The notes beneath the pieces are model-generated. The model was not told the origin of the DNA and did not search any database. It was given only the letters and a program-made list of their open reading frames with translations. DNA of 64,000 nucleotides from Aplysia californica (Eukaryota). Shown here piece by piece: positions 53,201 to 62,200 of the stretch. Numbering within the stretch: the first letter of the stretch is position 1; each line of letters opens with the position of its first letter. The stretch is taken from NCBI RefSeq assembly GCF_000002075.1, contig NW_004797283.1, positions 1,021,581-1,085,580 on the forward strand, written 5' to 3'. The position numbers and the translations under genes are program-made.

Positions 53201-56200
53201 CTACTGTCTCTGAGGGGTAGTCACATAGTGGGCAGGCAGCAGACTGCTTTACTCCAATTCGGTTGAGATGTTGGTTGAGGGGTAAATGTTGTGTTATAAG
53301 TTGGAAGATTATGGATTGATCTACCCTCCTCAACTCATTGATTGGATCTTTGACCAGTGGTTTATTCATGTGGCCATACATCCTCCTTCCTGTCGTACCT
53401 GTGGCCCAATCATTCATCCACTCTTCCTTGAGGTTTGACTTGATCATTTGGCAGCAGGTGGTGTAATTCGTAGGAATTTCAGGCTGAGGGAGGCTAGCTC
53501 CTTTCTTTGCCAGAGCATCAGCTCTTTCATTTCCCGGTATCCCAGTGTGGGCAGGAATCCATTGAAGGACTACTCTGACGTGGTGCCTACTTATCAAGTT
53601 ATGTAGACTCCAAATCAAATGCAATATATCTTTGTTCACATCAGTCCCACTCTCAAGTGTCTCTAGTGTTGAAAGGCTGTCTGTAAATATAACGATGTCA
53701 GTGGTAGCAAGTGGGTTAGTGTCAAACAAGTAGTTGATGTAGTTTGCTGTGTTGGTGATAGCCTGTTGTTCGGCAATGAAATTGGAGCAGACGGACCCGC
53801 TGGAGTTGAAGACTTCTTTTTTTTATCCCACTGGGCAAGTTGATCACTGACCCATATCCAGCATTGATTGTTGCCTTAAAGGCAGATCCATCAGTGTATG
53901 AGTGGATCCATGTTGGTGGATAGGAATCAATTGTTTCAAGGGCAGAATGTTTATTACTACAGGATATGTGTTTTTATTGCTCTTGTCCAAAAGTGTTTTC
54001 CTAATTTCTGGCTTTGCTATGGTGAAATGTGGTGGGAGAGTTGAGGGAACTCTTTCCAGAGGTTCTCGTCTTTCAGGGAGGTGATGTTTTTCTTGGAGAT
54101 TGAGAACGGTGTCAAGTACAGATTTTGTATTTTTTAGTCTTTGATTAGGTTTCCACTTGTCAACAAGGACTCTGTTAGGGTGGTTATTTTCTAGCCTTTT
54201 AGATCTTTCATATACTTCTAAAGCTGCCTGTTTTCTTCGAGTTTCTAATGGCTCAATATTTGTGTGGATTTCACAGGCCGCAGTCGGTGAGGATCTCATT
54301 CCGCCAGAGATAAGACGAAGAGCTTGGTTTTGGATGGTGTCCATTGAGTTCTTTGAAGTTTTACTGCAAATGTTTTGTAGAACAAGATTATAATCAAAAA
54401 CAGCTCTGGTATATCCCAAATAGAGGCCTCTCAAGGTGTTCTTGTCTGATCCCCAGTTGGTACTGGCAAGTCGTTTGATGAGATTAAGTCTCTTCATAGC
54501 CTTCTTCCTAAGGTTGTTGGTGTGTTGTTTCAGGTTGAGCTTGCTGTCAAGTTGTACTCCAAGATACACTGGGTTATTCTCCTTTTTCAAGTTGGTACCA
54601 TCTATTTTGAGAGGGATTTCTGCATTTGCAAGGTTATAGCTTCTCGTAAAAACAGAGTAGACAGTTTTTTCGCAATTTACTTTCATCTTCCATAAACGGC
54701 AATAGGTTCCAAGGGAATTTAGATCATCTTGTAGTCTTCGTCTGCTTATTGTTGTCGAGTTTCCAGTGTGCCAAAGGACCAGGTCATCAGCAAAAAGGGC
54801 TTTTTCTGTTTTGAGAACATCTGAAACATCATTGAGGAAGACAAGGAATAAGGTACAGCTGATAGAAGATCCCTGTGGGAGTCCTTCCTCCAGTACTGCT
54901 TTTAAAGATAGGGTTTCATCCATCTGGGTCTGGATAAGTCTATCTGTAAGGAATGATTTAATCCAGGAGTACATGTTTCCCTTGATTCCATGTTCTGCAG
55001 TTATAAGAGTAGTCCTTTCCTCCACACTCTATCGTAGGCTTGTTGGAGATCCACAAACACAGCCGTTGTCTGTTCCCCTCTTTGAAATCCATCAATGATT
55101 TTCTGTGTGAGCCTGAAGAGCTGGTCTACTGTCCTGCCTTTTGACCTGAACCCTGCTTGACACTATGATATCAGACCTGAAGACTCAAGCCACCAATAAA
55201 GACGAGAATTGAGGATTCTTTCACAGAGCTTGCCAATACAGGACGTAAGTGATATTGGGCGGTAGTTTTTAGGGTCCTTGGCCTTCTTTCCTTTCTGTAA
55301 GATTGGGTTTATAGTAGCTAGTTTCCATGCTTTAGGCAGATTTCCCTCGGTCCATGTTCTGTTGTAGAGCTTAAGAAGTAGCAATTTGGCTTTTTCACCA
55401 AGGTTTTGTAGCATCTCGTTGTGTACTTTGTCAGGACCTGGGCTTCTTCGCTTCTTTAGTTTCTTGATTGCACAGTCCAACTCTCGCTTAGTTAATTAAG
55501 AAGTCCTGGAAGATACTCGGTGTCATCAAATCTCTCTCTCTTTTCATTTCAGAACACTCTGTAGACCCCTGTCCAGGTCATTCCTTTTGCTGCTCTTGTT
55601 AATGGGGGCAAAATGTTTATTGAAGTGTTCGGCTTTTTTTAACTCGCTGGTGAGAACTTCGGTTTCTGTGTGTAGTGGTTTGGGGTTTTCTTTCCTTTTT
55701 TCGCCAGTGAGGTTATTTAGAAGTGACCAAGCTTCAAGTCCACCTTGATGTAAATTGAGTCCCTCACAATTCTGCGTCCAGGCTTCCTTCTTAGATTCCT
55801 TGGTAACAAGTTTAGCCTCTGCTACGGCCTTTTTGTATCTAATTTTCTTGTCCATATTTTTTAGATCTTTCTCATATTCGTGTCTGGCATCATTTTTAGT
55901 TTTTGTAGCTTTCTCCAAGCGCTCGTTCCAAAAGGGTTTATAGTTGGTTCTGCACCCCTGTGGGATGCTCTTCTTCGCAGCATCTAAGATGGTGGAGGTG
56001 AGTTCACTATTAAGGGCGTCTATACTTTTATTGTCTAGATCATCCAGCTTAACGGTGTCCTCANNNNNNNNNNNNNNNNNNNNNNNNNNNNNNNNNNNNN
56101 NNNNNNNNNNNNNNNNNNNNNNNNNNNNNNNNNNNNNNNNNNNNNNNNNNNNNNNNNNNNNNNNNNNNNNNNNNNNNNNNNNNNNNNNNNNNNCTCATTT

Positions 56201-59200
56201 TGAAGAAGGATGAGGTTAGAGGACTGACATAGTTCTTCAATCTTCTTACCTGTGTTGTTTTGGTCAGCATAGCCCCAAAGGGGGGAGTGTCCATTAAGGT
56301 CACCAGCTATGACCGTCTTCTTAAAGATAGTACTCTGTTCCATGAAGTTCAGAATGCTACTTGGGGAACAATAGATGTTATAAAGTATGAGCTTGCTGTT
56401 GCCATACCACAGGGTGACTTAATGTGCCTCTGTGGGGTGCCAGTTAAGGAGCTCTACTTCACCCTGGATGCCATTTCTGATATAGGTTATAATCCCTTGG
56501 CAACCTTCACATTTACATGGATAAGGGGTATACCTAGTGATGTTTATGTCACAGGATGAATGGAGAGTTTCCTGTAATAGAGCAATGTGGACTTTCCTTT
56601 CATACAAAATTTTCCCCAATTGTGTTTTCTTCTTGTCCCAGCCACAGACATTTGCCTGAAGAATATTGAAGTCTATAAGCTTCTCTTTTCCGTTACCAGT
56701 TGTAGGGGGTGTTTTCTTCTTGTTTTTTTCCATTTTCTCTGCTTTCTGATTTTCTTTTTCTTCCAATAACCATCCACCAGGCCAGCTTGGTTGCCCACTA
56801 AGACCTGGGGGGAGACCTTGATTACCGAGGCGGCGTCTCAGCTCGTATGGGATTCTATCATTTGTGAATAGCATCTAAAACTGGTGGTTCTGTGATTTTC
56901 CTTCCATCCCGGGGTAGGAGATAAAGCAGTGGCTGTAGGTGCAATGCCACAAACAAAAACCCAACTCCATCACAGAGAGATTGTAAGAAAAATGAATGGG
57001 TATGTTGGTGTCTGTTGTATTATATTGAGAAGTTGTTTGAGGAGATAAAGAAGAGAAAGACGCTATTAAGAGCATAGTTGCTGTGTGTTGCTGAAATACA
57101 AAAATTATAATATAATAATAATAATACTAATAGTAATAATTNNNNNNNNNNNNNNNNNNNNNNNNNNNNNNNNNNNNNNNNNNNNNNNNNNNNNNNNNNN
57201 NNNNNNNNNNNNNNNNNNNNNNNNNNNNNNNNNNNNNNNNNGGGCTAATGTTGTCAACAAGCAAGACGCAAATGGTCTCTGCACCTTCTCCGCAGTCATA
57301 GGGCTCTCCGATAAGTGCATGCTTAATACATGTATGGAGCTGGGTATTCCCTACGTAAAGTCACATCCAGTACAGTGCTGACAATGAACCTCTGCTTTCT
57401 ACCCCACCAATACCCGTCCCAACTCCAGGTCAAAGAAAGGTTGTCGGTGGAGAGAGGAGAAAAGAAAAGCTAATAAATGTAATAAAGTAAAACAATAAAG
57501 ACAATAAATAGAAAGAGTAAGAAACATAGTAAAGTAATATGTCTCTTTTCGGGGTCACCCCTTGACCCGTTAGCTTCCTCTTTTTCTTTTCCTATTCGAA
57601 GAGCACTTATCCCCCCCACCACGAAGAGGTGGGTCTATTTGGGGGGGACCACATACATTTTCAGATACTACATTCAATTTCTAACATAACTGCCATATTT
57701 CCTTAAAATCTAAGAGTAAATATTAGAAATACAGCACTTTGAAATATACACACTGAATTGTAAATCATATGGTGCAGCGAACCCAGGACGGGTACAGAGT
57801 CCATGGGGGTATGGCCTGGATAAAAAGAGTTAAGCTTTCCAAAAAGCAAACAGTATAGTCATTGTTTTTGTGGTACTGGAATCATTGACGAGTGTTAGGC
57901 AATTTTTAAAAAGAAATTCAACACAACCGTATTTATTTTCAAGACCATCAAATTGACAGATGACTTTGAAACTTTGAGAATTATATTTTCTCCCCAAGCT
58001 TAGAATCAGTACAATTTTGGTACAAAAACTTTAAAACATTTGTATGAACTTTAAATGTGATGAATTTAAAAGATTGTCATTGTCATTGTCAAATAGAGAA
58101 TGGTCAAAGTGTTAAAAAGCATATGTGAAGTGAAGAGTCCTGACGGTTTGGTCCACTAGGTACACATTTCATAATTTGGGTTTTAGGCAGAGAATGAGAG
58201 ATGCAGAGAGGACATAATTCCCCTTCATATGACACCAATATCAAATGAATACAATAATATTTAAGAGAATGAAGCACGATTCAGTACTGGAATGCTCCCC
58301 TGCTGTCCGGGTCATAATACTGAGTTATTTGCTATCAAAGATTTGACAAATGTCTCCATAGCAACAGAAATCTTCTAATAATGCTGGGTTCATTAAATTT
58401 GGCACGCATGTTAAATGTTTCAATGCCAATATACTCACCAATTTTCAAAGCATTTGCTTTAATAGTTTTGTTTTTCAGAGTGTTTTCTCAAGGGCACCGG
58501 AACTTAAACAAAACAATTTTTTTTTAAAGACGGAAGAAGAGCTAACATAAAGAGCTGTAATTACTCATGCTTCTAAATGTCAGTACTTGAACAGACATTG
58601 AAAGATATAATAAACACAAATGAAATATACAGGATATACAACAGTAGGACCAACTTCTATGGTGCAATAGTTTGGCTCTTCATCTATCATGCAGAGAGCA
58701 GGAGTTTGAGTCAAGGCCAACATGGAGCAAATTTTTAATCAAGCATGTTTTGTCTCTCTGCTAGGATTTAGCCTAAAGTCCCTCTCAGCCCAGATTGGCC
58801 CTGACAGGCAGATACAAAGTATCCCGCCTCTTAAATTACCTTACAGTGTTTCCAGGTGTAAAAACCAAAAATCAAGAAATCTAGGACAACATTTGGGAAC
58901 TTTATTTATAAGGCCCCAAAACATTTGCCTTGACTGCACAGAACCCGGCGTCTGTGGTGCTATGATAAGGCTCTTTGCCTATCATGCAGAGGGCTCTAGT
59001 TTGATTCCCATGATGGTATGAGCATTTGTGTTTTTCTGCTGGGATTCTTCCCTCTTGGCCCAAGTAGCCCTGACAGGCAGGGTTGAAGTAACCCATCTCT
59101 TAAATGGTCACTTTTAAGCACAAAGGGGCTATCCCGAAAAATGCTGTTTTGAGAAAATCGAAGGTAATGTTTTTGCTCCTTGTTCGGTTTCTTAAAAAGA

Positions 59201-62200
59201 CTAGGAGAGTTTTCTCAGTAACCAAACATATACATGTACACACCAATGAAACCAAACTTCTCTTACAGGTAGAGCAATACCCACTCTTGGTGAAGGTCAA
59301 GATTTCTGAAAACCCAGGAAATCTGGGTTAGCCCGCTGGTCCTTAAAAGCGACCAAATGACCGACTTACAGTGTTGCAAGAGACGAATAACAGAAACCAA
59401 AAATAAAACTGTTCTAATAGCTGCGACATATGTCTCTTCACTTGAACAACAGTTTGCAGACAGACAAAAGTTATAATAACAATAATAGAATAATATTATG
59501 TGATATTAAAATTTGTTAAACAGAGTAAATTCTCCCCACGAATATTTGAGTTTCTCGTCTTCATTAGGGCATCACTGACTGAATCATATCTTGACGCCTT
59601 TTTAATGTGCCTAAAAAGCTTTGAGCCAAGGGGAGGATCAGAAACAAGGGAGTTCGTCTTCGTCTCTAAGGAGGTTGTTGAGATGTTTACAAATGCAAGC
59701 TTTCTTTCAAGCTCCTTTGTTGGCCTTAAAGGGGATCCCAAGGGCTTAAAATAGGTCTCAAGGGAAAGCTAAGGATTCTTTCTTACCAGTCTATCCGGTT
59801 TGCCAGGTAAATTTCGAAAGATACTAATGTACTAAAGCTGTAAAGCAGGTACTAAGTGTTACATAATATTATATCACAGAATGAAGACATTCTTTGTTTT
59901 GTTTTTGTAAAGTGTTTTACGGCGCTCGCAACTGCATAGGTCATATGAGCGCGCGGGACACTCCTAATATTTTCAGTTGGTAGGAAATTTTGAATTTTGC
60001 CCGGGTGGCGGCCGAAGCCTACTCTTATCGATTTTAGACCACCAAGGGATCTTTAACGTGCGCAACTTGCACACAGGCCCTCCGAGATTTTTCGCCCTTG
60101 TCCGAAAAGGGTAGGTGTAGATCTTTCCTACCAGAAGATCAGGGGTGTGGCAGAAAGACAGCAGTAAGGAGGAGCCAAGGAGTAGCATTAGAAAGGCTGC
60201 AGAAAGAGTCAGGAGCCCAGAGGAGGTGAAGACATTCACCAAAATAGCTTTCAAAACACATTTCACAGCAAAAAAAATTTTAAGATTATGTTTTGATATA
60301 TTCCAACAGAAAAGTCATTCAAAAGTCTTATAAAGTTTTAAAAAAAAAAAATTGCTCATATTTAGCCCCAACAAATGTTTTTGGCCATTTCTGCTCTTCG
60401 GCTTCATGTATGTACCTGGTGGGCCGAACTGTCGTGACGCGTCACATATATATCGGTTGAAAAATATTCGTTTTTGGTTGCTGGGAAGGGTCAGTTATGA
60501 GAACAGTACCGTAATGTTCGCTTTTCATGGAACTGTTCTTGAGAAATTTGTTTTTACTCTATTCTTCCTCACACTTCCTTTTTTACTTCTTCTGTCTTTT
60601 TAAGCCTTTCTCCTCTTACCTCATCCCATGTTTCATTTAATTGTTTATATTTTTCAGAGACTTTCTTGACAACATTGAACTGCTGTATCAGAGACCAAAA
60701 AATGTTTCTGAACTCCGTTTTATCGCAAAAGTCTTCTGCAAAGAGAAAGAATGTGACAACTCTATTGGAACATTGCTGATATATAAGTACACACCATTTG
60801 TTGTGCTTTGCCGTGAAAATTTGCACTGTCCATCTCTCAAGTCGAATTGGAAGTGGAAAGATGCTTCTGAGAAAGGATGTAAATGCGCTGATATTCAGCC
60901 TCATGACTTTAAAGAGTAAGTTTTTAGTACTTTGTCTTTAACTGTAGTTTTATGATCCATTTTGCAAGAATATTTCTCCTGTGACAAGTATGCACACTGT
61001 TTGCTCTGTTAGTATCATGCTTTGCTGTTATACCTATGACCCTGGTTCAAATCCACAATGGGGCACTTAAGTACTCAGGTTGATTACAGAGTTTTGAAGA
61101 CTCTCCTCTTTTGATTTAGTCCTGTCAGAGACAAACATTAAATTCAAAGGTCCCACCAATCGGATAAACCAAAGGTGTGAAACGGAACGTTAAACCATCA
61201 ATACACTGTTCTGAAAACATGTGTTGTTATATTTTCAAATTGTCTCCCTAGGCTAGCATTGGTGCCGTTTAGTGTCTTATATTTATAGGTCCCAGAAATT
61301 AAATTTTCAAAGTAGCTGTATAACAAATTTATCTCTTCCATTTATGAATGGCCTGTGTCTCCTGAGGATTGTGGTACTATTCTTTTACCCCTCAGTCATT
61401 TTTTAAGAAAATGGCAGGGGTTTTGATGTAGTCAAATATTGCAATTCGCTAAATGGCTGCAACCCCATTTTTGACAGTACCAAGTGCACCAAACTTCTAC
61501 ACAAGGAACAATCACAATAACATAGATTTGGAGCTAAATTTTTTCAAGACTGAGAGCATTGCGAGATTTGTCTTTTTTTCAACAAAAACACCAAGCCCTG
61601 TCCCGGTCAGCATCGTGCCGGTCCCCGCTGAAATTTCTCCTGGTGTAGGCCTACAGTATTTGGGGCTTTATAGCAACAGAGAAAAGAAACAGCGATCTGA
61701 ATTACTATGATTTCACCGAAACCAAGCGCTAAGAATTAGAAGGCCGCGAGTCGGTTTACACGCTGTTTTTATGATACCAAATAAATGGTGGTGTATAAGC
61801 CTTCAAGATTGACATCACTACTTGCTTCTAGCATACTTCTCTTTTGTGTTTTGATTGTGAGCATCTCGTGTGAAAAAGCTGAGGCTTCACTTGTCAGTGA
61901 AAAGGATTCAATAAAGCAAGTCATACCATTTTATATTCAACACTCGCTGAAGAGAGATTTTATTCTTTGATATATGTTAATTGCTGTACAAAAAATGGGT
62001 ATGTGATGATTTTATTGAAGCCTCATTTTACAGTTTCTAAGATTCTCAAATTCGTATGATGATGCCATCTTGAGACGCAAAATCAACTTTTACAAGTTGT
62101 AAACATTTTCCCTGCTTTGTTAAAGCAATACATTGTGAAATAAAAATACTTTAGAATTTGTAGCATGAAAAAGATAGATTTCAAGCTAGAATCATGTATT

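Larger units (their letters stand above)
52502..57829 (+). mobile_element. Non-autonomous piggyBac-like element (hosts the decayed LINE)
   Basis: TTAA at 52498-52501 and 57830-57833; TIR CTCTTTTTATCC(G/A)GGC; acidic D/S-rich remnant (about 52670-52850) resembling a piggyBac transposase N-terminus. Confidence 0.75.

Noticed and set aside
58658-59020. tRNA genes
   Set aside because: Box A/B-like motifs are degenerate and no cloverleaf forms; treated as SINE heads.
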